Origin: Nemertoderma westbladi
Lineage: Eukaryota; Animalia; Xenacoelomorpha
Length of the DNA: 64,000 nucleotides
Direction of reading: 5' to 3'
Assembly: GCA_032718475.1 (NCBI GenBank)
Contig: JAUCBJ010001234.1
Span: forward strand, 17,366-81,365
Shown in pieces: positions 1 to 14,500 of the stretch. Each line of letters starts with the position of its first letter. Position 1 is the stretch's first letter. The notes beneath the pieces were generated by a model. The model worked only from the letters and a program-made list of their open reading frames with translations. It was not told the DNA's origin and did not search any database. The position numbers were made by a program, and so were the translations under genes.

Positions 1-4
1 ATTT

Positions 5-2193
5 GGGCCAATAAGCTTAAAAGTGGCCAAAAAGTGGTACAAATTGACCGAAAAAATTTTGTCGGAAATTAGTGCAAAACCATTCGAAAGATAATTTCAT
101 GGCGAATCTTGTGATGGTAGAGGGAGAACATGACGCGCTGCTCAAAGGGAGATATATGGCAAAAACTAATGTCATATCTATAACGTTTTTGTCTACCACT
201 GTAACGCATTACAGTGATGACATTTATGGGACAAACCTCTGTAACGGCTATCTGTAACGGTAATTATGTTATATGGATTTTGCAGTATTTATAACTTATT
301 GCTTCGACAATAAGGTAATTTATTGGACAAACATCTGTAACAAACAGCGATATCTGACCATAACCATCGCATCCACTAAATTATATATGTACTTAATACA
401 CATGATTTCCAATAAATATAGAAAGAGTTTTTCACTAACATTTTTCTGTGTAACCGATAATCTTGTTTAACACGATTTTTTGTTATCCCGTATTAAATTT
501 TCTCAATCGCGCCGCTTTTTATATGCTTGTTTAAAATACTCTGTATAACAACCGCGGTCAATTTGTTATCTGTACTTATTTAACCGCTCCCTGGCGTTTC
601 TCTGCAACTGATTCAGAGACGTCCATTACCTCATCCAATAAACGGATCTGACTAAACTATCACAATAATATAAGTAGTGCACAAGTCCGTCATGTAAGTC
701 AGTAAGTGATGTTAAGCCAATGATTTCGAAATTGATAGTAAAATATAGGCCTTTTATACGCATTAGAGTATTTAATCATTAGAGTAAATTATAATCTTAC
801 ATTGAAGTTACACAAAGACTCACTGATAACAGTCACTGGATTATTTACTTTTGTTTATTTATTGCTTCATGTGAGATGAAATTAGATATACAAATTTATT
901 GAAGTCTATCTATATACGGACCCAGAAGCTCTGGATTCATACAATTTCATATGTGAAGTGAATCTGCGCTTTACTCCCCAGAATCCACAATCACCTCTTC
1001 CCGGATAGAGATAAACATGAATCCGTGTTTTACTCCCCTTACGGGATCCAGTAACACTTGGCAATGAAAATTAGCTTGAATTCGCATTTTGCATTCATTT
1101 CCGGATTTCATGAAAATCCGGATCCGCGTTTTAACCTCAAAATTCGAGAACCGATCCGGATCCTGCATCCAGTTCCGCGTTTTACACTTACCCATCCTAC
1201 ACTACCACATTACCATGAGCAGTAAGGATGTCAGTAGGAAGACGAAGAACGTATCAAACGAGTAGGCATTCAATATTGTCAGTGATGCCTTATTGTATTT
1301 CAGGATGACACTCCGTTACAGATAGGACTGTCATACAGATTGGACTGAAAACCTACAGTCTGTAACGCATCGATAACTGGTTATATAATGCGTTACAGAT
1401 GAGACATGCCCTATCTGTAACGCACTGCACTGTAACGGTGACGCGTTACAGATGGTTGACAAAAACGCTTACAACCGCTACACATCCTAGGTGTTTATTT
1501 ACCACATTAACTCTTGGGGTTAATGCGGCATAAATTAAAATTGCCTTTCCACACGTACCATTATACTTGTATGAGATTAATATTATCAAAATCTATGGCC
1601 ACATTTGTAGCGTTACAGATATGGACGTTTATGCTTTCTATATTGACTTTGTTAAACATAAATGCTTCCCAAATGAGCTTACCTTACCCTTTGTATGTGA
1701 TATTTGGCCTATATATGTTAGAAACCCTGTAGATTCTAAATATATCAAAATTGAAAACCTACAGTTACTACTTCAGATTCAAGACGTAAATGTTACATAT
1801 GTGACGCAAAAATTGAAAAATCCGTGCCCATTTTATGTATCGATCTCAAATGGTTCAACATGAATATTATGGCCTGAAATATATCGGAAAAGAAAGCAAA
1901 ACATCTAAGCTTCCCAACAATATATAGGTTTCCTATATATTTGCCACTTGGGGTGATAAAATTTACAGTTGTTTGTGGTCGTGTCATGTAAGGGACAACT
2001 GATTTTCACGATATTTCAGTCTTTAATGGGGCATATCTTTTGACTGCCTTAACAGATTTTCATAATTTTTAGTGCGTAAGCTGCGCAAATAAATTAGCTA
2101 CAAAATAATATATAACTTTATTACATACGAATAAATTACAGCATTTAAATTTTAACTTCCGGACAAACCATTGGCCACTTTTAAGCTTATCCC
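5..2193. mobile_element. Non-autonomous TIR DNA transposon remnant (superfamily unassigned)
   Basis: Perfect 20-bp inverted repeat ATAAGCTTAAAAGTGGCCAA at 11-30 and 2171-2190, with GGG/CCC just outside; subterminal TCTGTAACG/CGTTACAGA motifs in both orientations; no intact ORF. Confidence 0.5.
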
Positions 2194-3026
2194 ATTTACA
2201 TTTACAGTCAATTCTGATTTTGCTGTAAATAAACCTTGAGTGTAACAAAAGTCTAGGCCTAGGAATGTCAGTTTGCCGGAAATATGTTTTTCAAGGAGAT
2301 TTCCGGAAAAGCACTTTAGTTAAAGCCAGGACACATAACCACTTCCAACACCACTAGATAGGAATCACTTGTTTCTAGTCTTTACTCAACTTGTCTGATA
2401 GGGTTACAATCATAATAACAAATAAAAGATGAAATAAAAAAATATTTCAAAAAAAAATATGAAAGCCTGTATTACGAGATAGCATCTTGCTCGACGCCCC
2501 GGATTGAACACGGGATCTCTTACCTCTAGGTAGAAATAGATTGAGGAACTACAAAAAAACGATTTATAATATTCCCAATTTTGAAATAAATTATTAACGA
2601 CAAATTATGCCAATTAATTCCCGTCTTGTAGGCCTTCGGTAATTCCAAATTAACCTAGAAGATATAAAATAAAAATATAAGTCTGTTTCTCACTTAACCA
2701 AATAAATTACTTTATTGGTCGTTTCAAACAAACTTTAAAATACTCTTCGGTTTTTTCTCCCTGCTAAGGCAGTTTAAAGAAAAAACGTCATAAGCTGTTT
2801 GATTGAAACTAAAATAAAGAAATCTTGGAAATATATATTAACAATAAGATAACAACCGACAAAATAAACAATAAGTAATTCAATAGCGATGTTAGACAAG
2901 TTATATTCTACAAAACATAACTAAATTATAAAAGAAGGTAAAATTTGGGATTAAATACATCCCAGAGGTAACAATATTATTAGCACATAAAAGCTAGGTG
3001 TTCTTATTAATCAACTGTATTACACC

Positions 3027-3868
3027 ATGTCCTGGAATATAGTGTCGTAATTCAGTCATAAGGACCCTCCCAAATTTTTTTACAATTATAGTAATGTGAA
3101 CGTATGAAATTTGAAACAGCTATAGTTCACCTCCTTTCTCCCTAGTGGGTGAGTCAGAATTTTTATTTTTGCTTTTATTCTTTAGCTACAAGCGTTTGAA
3201 AAAAGTGCCTCCAGGATAGTCGTACTGCAGTTATTCCTCAATCTTATATTGTTGGTACCAATGGAAAGCTGGTCATGTAAGGATTCCAAATATGTAAAAA
3301 TATTTTAATTTGGTTTGGAAATAGGTTTGGACATATGGTCATTCGAATGTTGCATGTATTTGCTTCCGCAGCAGGCTAATAATTATTATATTTAATAAAA
3401 TACACAATATTCTGGAACATGTTGTTTATCTCAATAGAAGCTGGGCAACAATGCAATGGCTATATAATAATACAAGTACGTGGATATTCATACATAAACA
3501 AAATGTTCTAGAACATGGTGTGTTTATTAAATATAATAAAATGGCCAGCAGCGGAAGTAATACATGCAACATTCGAATGCCCTTTTAATTTCCAACCAAA
3601 TTTTAACATTTTTGGAATCCTTGCATGGCCAGCGCTACCAACAAATTAATGAAGAATAACTGTAGTACAACTGCTGCAATATCGCTGGAGACACTTTTTT
3701 TAAACACTTATAGCTAAAGAAAGCAAAAAAAAAAAATTCTGATTCACCCACTAAGGAGAAAGAAGGTGAACTATAGCTGTTTCAAATAACCCATTATGAA
3801 TATTTGTAGAAAACTTTGGGGGGGGGGGGGTCCATGTCACTGAATTATGACTCAATATTCCAGGACAT
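3027..3868. mobile_element. Foldback-type MITE with ~400-bp inverted arms
   Basis: ATGTCCTGGAATA...GAAACAGCTATAGTTCACC...GCATGTATT on the left is mirrored by AATACATGC...GGTGAACTATAGCTGTTTC...TATTCCAGGACAT on the right. Confidence 0.75.
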
Positions 3869-4069
3869 AAATGATATATTAATGAAATAATTAAAGGTTT
3901 TATCAGTGATTGTAAAACTAATTAATGTGAGTAATTATCAAATTGGATGAGAACAACCACCAATATATAAAAGAATTACTAAAATTAGCACATAAATAAC
4001 GCACCTTCAGGCAAAACGTTTAGTATTTAGTATAATTATTTAGCAGGATGTTCAAAGCTTTACCTTTTT

Positions 4070-5260
4070 AGGGTGGCCCACAAAATTTACCACGTTTTCA
4101 TTTATTAATACTCATCCCCATATGAATGAAGGAGACCAACTTTGACTTTGGTATATGTCTGGATAAAAATTGTTGATATGGAAACTTTTTACAATAATTT
4201 ACTAAGGTTGGTAGACCTCAACATGGATGGGCACCCCCGATGACACCACGACGAGCGATGCTCAGCAGGCATAGCATCAATCACCGTTTATATTGCACGC
4301 TGACGACGTTCACTTATATCCCTAACGGAGTGAACTGCGCAGGTCACACTGAGACGGACTGGAGAGCATGGTGACCAAGGGATGGGGCCATCCGTGGCAA
4401 TCCAACGGCCAGGGGACGTCTGGCTGTTGGAGTCACGAACAACAATGCGATGGGGATTGGGACTCCATCTTGCTGAAAAACGTATTCCATCTGCTAATTG
4501 AATTTCGGCAGCAGAAAGGTCCGCAGCATATCAAGGTAGACCTTGAGCGACCCTTCAACCAACTTATTTCGGTACTCTATCTCCAAAATTCAGAAATTCC
4601 ATATGTTTTCTCGGCCACTTCTTCATTGCTAAATTACACGTTATTGAAATCTCTGTCTTCTAAAAGTTCCAGAATTTCATCAGTGGCCATCACCCTCACC
4701 AGATAATAGTTTGGCTTTAACCCATGTAATAACTGATCCTTGTACAGCCTGAACTTCAGTTGGTTACTCACAGGATATGCTAACGATACGCGACGCACAG
4801 ATGTGTCTCGGGTGGAAAGTACGTTTTAATCTTACCGGCAGAAATCTTCGCTGGAGAAAGGGGCGGTCTTCCAGAACCTTTTTACGAAGCACAGATTTTT
4901 CCGTTTCAAACTTGTTTGTTAAGCGTGCGATCACTTTTGTCAGGTGGACGCACACCTGGATAAAAATGTGTGTAAATTTTAAACTAGTGAGTTTTTAGAG
5001 TTTGTCTGGTAAAATAACTTAATGATAAAGACCTTCTGTTTTCCAGGATACTATATTTTCTAGAATCTGGAAGGTCTAGCAACTAACAGGCGATTGGTAT
5101 CGTTACTTGTTTAAAATGTCTAATATTTTCAAACGTACTAACTCAATTCCCATAGCAACAATTTTTATCCAATTATTGTCTAGGCAACATCAAGTTATCA
5201 ACTTTACATTTATAAGGGGATGCGCTATTGAAAAATGAAAAGGGGGTACATTTATCATAA
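4070..5260 (-). mobile_element. Decayed Tc1/mariner-superfamily transposon
   Basis: Minus-strand fragments resembling this transposase family (RLTNKFETEKSVL..RP; FQQDG at ~4465-4480) broken by stops and frameshifts; diverged TIRs (GGATAAAAATTGTTG at ~4161 and inverted at ~5155-5170). Ends approximate. Confidence 0.6.
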
Positions 5261-5447
5261 CATGATTGAGATTAAAGGTTTTGCACCTAGTTACATAATT
5301 TAGGATATTATTTATTACAAACGACATTGATTAGTTCTGTTTTATAACAGTGAGCGGTTTCTAGTTTATGTAAAACTGGTTAAATCAAATCTCATTGATT
5401 TCAGACTTTTATTGGTGAAGTATATTACAACTCGCATTCCATTCCAT

Positions 5448-5538
5448 CTACGGCTCAGCTAAATCCCGGAGGGTCGCCAGCTGATCTTCGGAAACACCGA
5501 GTTCCAACAATGAAGGTTCTTCTTCGTCTAACCACTTA
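5448..5538 (-). CDS. MSRA: MsrA terminal coding exon
   Basis: Acceptor ...ATCTGTTTCAG at 5539-5549 (minus); phase-2 join gives I-KWLDEEEPSLLELGVSEDQLATLRDLAEP-TAG, resembling the LGL.E.Q helical tail of invertebrate MsrA. Confidence 0.75.
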
Positions 5539-8500
5539 CTGAAACAGATAAATAGTTAGTCAGTTCATCTAACCACTTACTGAAACAGATAAATAGTTAG
5601 TCAGTTAATCTAACCACTTCTGAAACAAATGAATAGTTAGTCAGTTCATCTAACCACTTACTGAAACAGATAAATAGTTAGTCAGTTCATCTAATCACTT
5701 ACTGAAACAGATAAAGTTAGTCAGTTCATCTAACCACTTACTGAAACAGATAAATAGTTAGTCAGTTCATCTTACCACTTACTGAAACAGATAAATAGTT
5801 AGTCAGTTCATCTAACCACTTACTGAAACAGATAAATAGTTAGTCAGTTCATCTAACCATTTAATGAAACAGATAAATAGTTAGTCAGTTCATCTAACCA
5901 CTTACTGAAACAGATAAAGTTAGTCAGTTCATCTAACCACTTACTGAAACAGATAAATAGTTAGCCAGTTCATCTAACCACTTACTGAAACAGATAAATA
6001 GTTAGTCAGTTCATCTAACCACTTACTGAAACAGATAAAGTTAGTTAGTTCATCTAACCACTTACTGAAACAGATAAAGTTAGTCAGTTCATCTAACCAT
6101 TTACTGAAACAGATAAATAGTTAGTCAGTTAATCCAACCACTTACTGAAACAGATAAAGTTAGTCAGTTCATCTAACCACTTACTGAAACAGATAAAGTT
6201 AGTCAGTTCATCTAACCACTTACTGAAACAGATAAAGTTAGTCAGTTCATCTAACCACTTACTGAAACAGATAAATAGTTAGTCAGTTCATCTAACCATT
6301 TACTGAAACAGATAAATAGTTAGCCAGTTCATCTAACCACTTACTGAAACAGATAAAGTTAGCCAGTTCATCTAACCACTTACTGAAACAGATAAAGTTA
6401 GTCAGTTCATCTAACCACTTACTGAAACAGATAAATAGTTAGTCAGTTCATCTAACCAATAAATGAAACAGATAAATAGTTAGTCAGTTCATCTAACCAC
6501 TTACTGAAACAGATAAATAGTTAGTCAGTTCATCTAACCACTTACTGAAACAGATAAATAGTTAGTCAGTTCATCTAACCACTTACTGAAACAGATAAAT
6601 AGTTAGTCAGTTCATCTAACCATTTAATGAAACAGATAAATAGTTAGTCAGTTCATCTAACCACTTACTGAAACAGATAAAGTTAGTCAGTTCATCTAAC
6701 CACTTACTGAAACAGATAAATAGTTAGCCAGTTCATCTAACCACTTACTGAAACAGATAAATAGTTAGTCAGTTCATCTAACCACTTACTGAAACAGATA
6801 AAGTTAGTTAGTTCATCTAACCACTTACTGAAACAGATAAAGTTAGTCAGTTCATCTAACCATTTACTGAAACAGATAAATAGTTAGTCAGTTAATCCAA
6901 CCACTTACTGAAACAGATAAAGTTAGTCAGTTCATCTAACCACTTACTGAAACAGATAAAGTTAGTCAGTTCATCTAACCACTTACTGAAACAGATAAAG
7001 TTAGTCAGTTCATCTAACCACTTACTGAAACAGATAAATAGTTAGTCAGTTCATCTAACCATTTACTGAAACAGATAAATAGTTAGCCAGTTCATCTAAC
7101 CACTTACTGAAACAGATAAAGTTAGCCAGTTCATCTAACCACTTACTGAAACAGATAAAGTTAGTCAGTTCATCTAACCACTTACTGAAACAGATAAATA
7201 GTTAGTCAGTTCATCTAACCAATAAATGAAACAGATAAATAGTTAGTCAGTTCATCTAACCACTTACTGAAACAGATAAATAGTTAGTCAGTTCATCTAA
7301 CCACTTACTGAAACAGATAAATAGTTAGTCAGTTCATCTAACCACTTACTGAAACAGATAAATAGTTAGTCAGTTCATCTAACCACTTACTGAAACAGAT
7401 AAATAGTTAGTCAGTTCATCTAACCATTTAATGAAACAGATAAATAGTTAGTCAGTTCATCTAACCACTTACTGAAACAGATAAAGTTAGTCAGTTCATC
7501 TAACCACTTACTGAAACAGATAAATAGTTAGCCAGTTCATCTAACCACTTACTGAAACAGATAAATAGTTAGTCAGTTCATCTAACCACTTACTGAAACA
7601 GATAAAGTTAGTTAGTTCATCTAACCACTTACTGAAACAGATAAAGTTAGTCAGTTCATCTAACCATTTACTGAAACAGATAAATAGTTAGTCAGTTAAT
7701 CCAACCACTTACTGAAACAGATAAAGTTAGTCAGTTCATCTAACCACTTACTGAAACAGATAAAGTTAGTCAGTTCATCTAACCACTTACTGAAACAGAT
7801 AAAGTTAGTCAGTTCATCTAACCACTTACTGAAACAGATAAATAGTTAGTCAGTTCATCTAACCATTTACTGAAACAGATAAATAGTTAGCCAGTTCATC
7901 TAACCACTTACTGAAACAGATAAAGTTAGCCAGTTCATCTAACCACTTACTGAAACAGATAAAGTTAGTCAGTTCATCTAACCACTTACTGAAACAGATA
8001 AATAGTTAGTCAGTTCATCTAACCAATAAATGAAACAGATAAATAGTTAGTCAGTTCATCTAACCACTTACTGAAACAGATAAATAGTTAGTCAGTTCAT
8101 CTAACCACTTACTGAAACAGATAAATAGTTAGTCAGTTCATCTAACCACTTACTGAAACAGATAAATAGTTAGTCAGTTCATCTAACCACTTACTGAAAC
8201 AAATAAATAATTAGTCAGTTCATCTAACCATTTAATGAAACAGATAAATAGTTAGTCAGTTCATCTAACCACTTACTGAAACAGATAAAGTTAGTCAGTT
8301 CATCTAACCATTTAATGAAACAGATAAATAGTTAGTCAATTCATCTAACCACTTACTGAAACAGATAAAGTTAGTCAGTTCATCTAACCATTTAATGAAA
8401 CAGATAAATAGTTAGTCAGTTCATCTAACCACTTACTGAAACAGATAAATAGTTAGTCAGTTCATCTAACCACTTACTGAAACAGATAAATAGTTAGTCA

Positions 8501-11500
8501 GTTCATCTAACCAATAAATGAAACAGATAAATAGTTAGTCAGTTCATCTAACCACTTACTGAAACAGATAAATAGTTAGTCAGTTCATCTAACCACTTAC
8601 TGAAACAGATAAATAGTTAGTCAGTTCATCTAACCACTTACTGAAACAGATAAATAGTTAGTCAGTTCATCTAACCACTTACTGAAACAGATAAATAGTT
8701 AGTCAGTTCATCTAACCACTTACTGAAACAGATAAATAGTTAGTCAGTTCCTCTAACCACTTACTGAAACAGATAAATAGTTAGTCAGTTCATCTAACCA
8801 CTTACTGAAACAGATAAATAGTTAGTCAGTTCATCTAACCACTTACTGAAACAGATAAATAATTAGTCAGTTCATCTAACCAATAAATGAAACAGATAAA
8901 TAGTTAGTCAGTTCATCTAACCACTTACTGAAACAGATAAATAGTTAGTCAGTTCATCTAACCACTTACTGAAACAGATAAATAGTTAGTCAGTTCATCT
9001 AACCAATAAATGAAACAGATAAATAGTTAGTCAGTTCATCTAACCACTTACTGAAACAGATAAATAATTAGTCAGTTCATCTAACCGCTTACTGAAACAG
9101 ATAAATAGTTAGTCAGTTCATCTAACCACTTACTGAAACAGATAAATAGTTAGTCAGTTCATCTAACCACTTACTGAAACAGATAAATAGTTAGTCAGTT
9201 CATCTAACCACTTACTGAAACAGATAAATAGTTAGTCAGTTCATCTAACCACTTACTGAAACAAATAAATAGTTAGTCAGTTCATCTAACCATTTAATGA
9301 AACAGATAAAGTTAGTCAGTTCATCTAACCATTTAATGAAACAGATAAATAGTTAGTCAGTTAATCCAACCACTTACTGAAACAGATAAATAGTTAGTCA
9401 GTTCATCTAACCATTTAATGAAACAGATAAAGTTAGTCAGTTCATCTAACCATTTAATGAAACAGATAAATAGTTAGTCAGTTCATCTAACCATTTAATG
9501 AAACAGATAAATAGTTAGTCAATTCATCTAACCACTTACTGAAACAGATAAAGTTAGTCAGTTCATCTAACCATTTAATGAAACAGATAAATAGTTAGTC
9601 AGTTCATCTAACCACTTACTGAAACAGATAAATAGTTAGTCAGTTCATCTAACCACTTACTGAAACAGATAAATAGTTAGTCAGTTCATCTAACCACTTA
9701 CTGAAACAGATAAATAGTTAGTCAGTTCATCTAACCACTTACTGAAACAGATACATAGTTAGTCAGTTCATCTAACCACTTACTGAAACAGATAAATAGT
9801 TAGTCAGTTCATCTAACCACTTACTGAAACAGATAAATAGTTAGTCAGTTCATCTAACCACTTACTGAAACAGATAAATAGTTAGTGAGTTCATCTAACC
9901 ACTTACTGAAACAGATAAATAGTTAGTGAGTTCATCTAACCAATAAATGAAACAGATAAATAGTTAGTCAGTTCATCTAACCACTTACTGAAACAAATAA
10001 ATAATTAGTCAGTTCATCTAACCATTTAATGAAACAGATAAATAGTTAGTCAGTTCATCTAACCACTTACTGAAACAGATAAATAGTTAGTCAGTTCATC
10101 TAACCACTTACTGAAACAGATAAATAGTTAGTCAGTTCATCTAACCACTTACTGAAACAGATAAAGTTAGCCAGTTCATCTAACCACTTACTGAAACAGA
10201 TAAATAGTTAGTCAGTTCATCTAACCACTTACTGAAACAGATAAATAGTTAGTCAGTTCATCTAACCATTTAATGAAACAGATAAATAGTTAGTCAGTTC
10301 ATCTAACCACTTACTGAAACAGATAAAGTTAGTCAGTTCATCTAACCATTTAATGAAACAGATAAATAGTTAGTCAATTCATCTAACCACTTACTGAAAC
10401 AGATAAAGTTAGTCAGTTCATCTAACCATTTAATGAAACAGATAAATAGTTAGTCAGTTCATCTAACCACTTACTGAAACAGATAAATAGTTAGTCAGTT
10501 CATCTAACCAATAAATGAAACAGATAAATAGTTAGTCAGTTCATCTAACCACTTACTGAAACAGATAAAGTTAGTCAGTTCATCTAACCATTTAATGAAA
10601 CAGATAAATAGTTAGTCAATTCATCTAACCACTTACTGAAACAGATAAAGTTAGTCAGTTCATCTAACCATTTAATGAAACAGATAAATAGTTAGTCAGT
10701 TCATCTAACCACTTACTGAAACAGATAAATAGTTAGTCAGTTCATCTAACCAATAAATGAAACAGATAAATAGTTAGTCAGTTCATCTAACCACTTACTG
10801 AAACAGATAAATAGTTAGTCAGTTCATCTAACCACTTACTGAAACAGATAAAGTTAGTCAGTTCATCTAACCATTTAATGAAACAGATAAATAGTTAGTC
10901 AATTCATCTAACCACTTACTGAAACAGATAAAGTTAGTCAGTTCATCTAACCATTTAATGAAACAGATAAATAGTTAGTCAGTTCATCTAACCACTTACT
11001 GAAACAGATAAATAGTTAGTCAGTTCATCTAACCAATAAATGAAACAGATAAATAGTTAGTCAGTTCATCTAACCACTTACTGAAACAGATAAATAGTTA
11101 GTCAGTTCATCTAACCACTTACTGAAACAGATAAAGTTAGCCAGTTCATCTAACCACTTACTGAAACAGATAAATAGTTAGTCAGTTCATCTAACCACTT
11201 ACTGAAACAGATAAATAGTTAGTCAGTTCATCTAACCATTTAATGAAACAGATAAATAGTTAGTCAGTTCATCTAACCACTTACTGAAACAGATAAAGTT
11301 AGTCAGTTCATCTAACCATTTAATGAAACAGATAAATAGTTAGTCAGTTCATCTAACCACTTACTGAAACAGATAAATAGTTAGTCAGTTCATCTAACCA
11401 ATAAATGAAACAGATAAATAGTTAGTCAGTTCATCTAACCACTTACTGAAACAGATAAATAGTTAGTCAGTTCATCTAACCACTTACTGAAACAGATAAA

Positions 11501-14500
11501 GTTAGCCAGTTCATCTAACCACTTACTGAAACAGATAAATAGTTAGTCAGTTCATCTAACCACTTACTGAAACAGATAAATAGTTAGTCAGTTCATCTAA
11601 CCATTTAATGAAACAGATAAATAGTTAGTCAGTTCATCTAACCATTTACTGAAACAGATAAAGTTAGTCAGTTCATCTAACCATTTAATGAAACAGATAA
11701 ATAGTTAGTCAATTCATCTAACCACTTACTGAAACAGATAAAGTTAGTCAGTTCATCTAACCATTTAATGAAACAGATAAATAGTTAGTCAGTTCATCTA
11801 ACCACTTACTGAAACAGATAAATAGTTAGTCAGTTCATCTAACCAATAAATGAAACAGATAAATAGTTAGTCAGTTCATCTAACCACTTACTGAAACAGA
11901 TAAATAGTTAGTCAGTTCATCTAACCACTTACTGAAACAGATAAAGTTAGCCAGTTCATCTAACCACTTACTGAAACAGATAAATAGTTAGTCAGTTCAT
12001 CTAACCACTTACTGAAACAGATAAATAGTTAGTCAGTTCATCTAACCGCTTACTGAAACAGATAAATAGTTAGTCAGTTCATCTAACCACTTACTGAAAC
12101 AGATAAATAGTTAGTCAGTTCATCTAACCATTTAATGAAACAGATAAATAGTTAGTCAGTTCATCTAACCACTTACTGAAACAGATAAAGTTAGTCAGTT
12201 CATCTAACCATTTAATGAAACAGATAAATAGTTAGTCAGTTCATCTAACCACTTACTGAAACAGATAAATAGTTAGTCAGTTCATCTAACCACTTACTGA
12301 AACAGATAAAGTTAGTCAGTTCATCTAACCATTTAATGAAACAGATAAATAGTTTGTCAGTTCATCTAACCACTTACTGAAACAGATAAAGTTAGTCAGT
12401 TCATCTAACCATTTAATGAAACACTAAATAGTTAGTCAGTTCATCTAACCACTTACTGAAACAGATAAATAGTTAGTCAGTTCATCTAACCACTTACTGA
12501 AACAGATAAATAGTTAGTCAGTTCATCTAACCACTTACTGAAACAGATAAATAGTTAGTCAGTTCATCTAACCACTTACTGAAACAGATAAATAGTTAGT
12601 CAGTTCATCTAACCAATAAATGAAACAGATAAATAGTTAGTCAGTTCATCTAACCACTTACTGAAACAGATAAATAGTTAGACAGTTCATCTAACCATTT
12701 AATGAAACAGATAAATAGTTAGTCAATTCATCTAACCACTTACTGAAACAGATAAAGTTAGTCAGTTCATCTAACCATTTAATGAAACAGATAAATAGTT
12801 AGTCAGTTCATCTAACCACTTACTGAAACAGATAAATAGTTAGTCAGTTCATCTAACCAATAAATGAAACAGATAAATAGTTAGTCAGTTCATCTAACCA
12901 CTTACTGAAACAGATAAATAGTTAGTCAGTTCATCTAACCACTTACTGAAACAGATAAAGTTAGCCAGTTCATCTAACCACTTACTGAAACAGATAAATA
13001 GTTAGTCAGTTCATCTAACCACTTACTGAAACAGATAAATAGTTAGTCAGTTCATCTAACCGCTTACTGAAACAGATAAATAGTTAGTCAGTTCATCTAA
13101 CCACTTACTGAAACAGATAAATAGTTAGTCAGTTCATCTAACCATTTAATGAAACAGATAAATAGTTAGTCAGTTCATCTAACCACTTACTGAAACAGAT
13201 AAAGTTAGTCAGTTCATCTAACCATTTAATGAAACAGATAAATAGTTAGTCAGTTCATCTAACCACTTACTGAAACAGATAAATAGTTAGTCAGTTCATC
13301 TAACCACTTACTGAAACAGATAAAGTTAGTCAGTTCATCTAACCATTTAATGAAACAGATAAATAGTTTGTCAGTTCATCTAACCACTTACTGAAACAGA
13401 TAAAGTTAGTCAGTTCATCTAACCATTTAATGAAACACTAAATAGTTAGTCAGTTCATCTAACCACTTACTGAAACAGATAAATAGTTAGTCAGTTCATC
13501 TAACCACTTACTGAAACAGATAAATAGTTAGTCAGTTCATCTAACCACTTACTGAAACAGATAAATAGTTAGTCAGTTCATCTAACCACTTACTGAAACA
13601 GATAAATAGTTAGTCAGTTCATCTAACCAATAAATGAAACAGATAAATAGTTAGTCAGTTCATCTAACCACTTACTGAAACAGATAAATAGTTAGACAGT
13701 TCATCTAACCCCTTACTGAAACAGATAAATAGTTAGTCAGTTCATCTAACCACTTACTGAAACAGATAAATAGTTAGTCAGTTCATCTAACCGCTTACTA
13801 AACAGATAAATAGTTAGTCATTTCATCTAACCACTTACTGAAACAGATAAATAGTTAGTCAGTTCATCTAACCACTTACTGAAACAGATAAATAGTTAGT
13901 CAGTTCATCTAACCATTTAAAGAAACAGATAAATAGTTAGTCAGTTCACCTAACCACTTACTGAAATAAAGAAAGTCAGTTTAATCAAACCAGTTTGTAA
14001 AAATGGTAAACAATTAATAAAAGTAGCAAATTTTTTAAGGGGAGATGGTACCCCAGGATATCTCCATACATTTTACTATTAACACATTGTACCCATTACG
14101 CTGGAACGATGGAATTTCATGAAAATTTCCAGAAGGGCGGAGTAACTATCGAGACACACCTGGAACCTAAAAAAAATTGAAATTTTGTTTAGTGTCTATG
14201 TTTGAGGGTCACTTAATTGCACCGAAAAACAAAAAATGACAAGTTTTCGAAGTTTATATTAGAAATACATTTGATAATTGTTTTAAACATATGTGTTTAG
14301 AGGTTCCACAATTGTGTCTCACTACAACAAACCTGCTGCGAAAATTTCAGCCAATTCCATCAAGACGTTCTCGAGAAAAAGGTACATTTATTTCTAAATT
14401 TCACGAAAAATAAGATGCTGAGAAAAACGCATTTTAAGTTTTCAAACATTCCCGCTAATTTTATGTAAAACGTGGGAAATTTCAAAAATAAGCCAAAATA

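Noticed and set aside
2488-2535. tRNA gene on the minus strand (B-box-like GTGTTCAATCC)
   Set aside because: Only a 3'-half resemblance with no cloverleaf; possibly a SINE fragment.
5527-13975. CRISPR array
   Set aside because: Units are head-to-tail with no unique spacers, no cas genes are present, and the context is eukaryotic.
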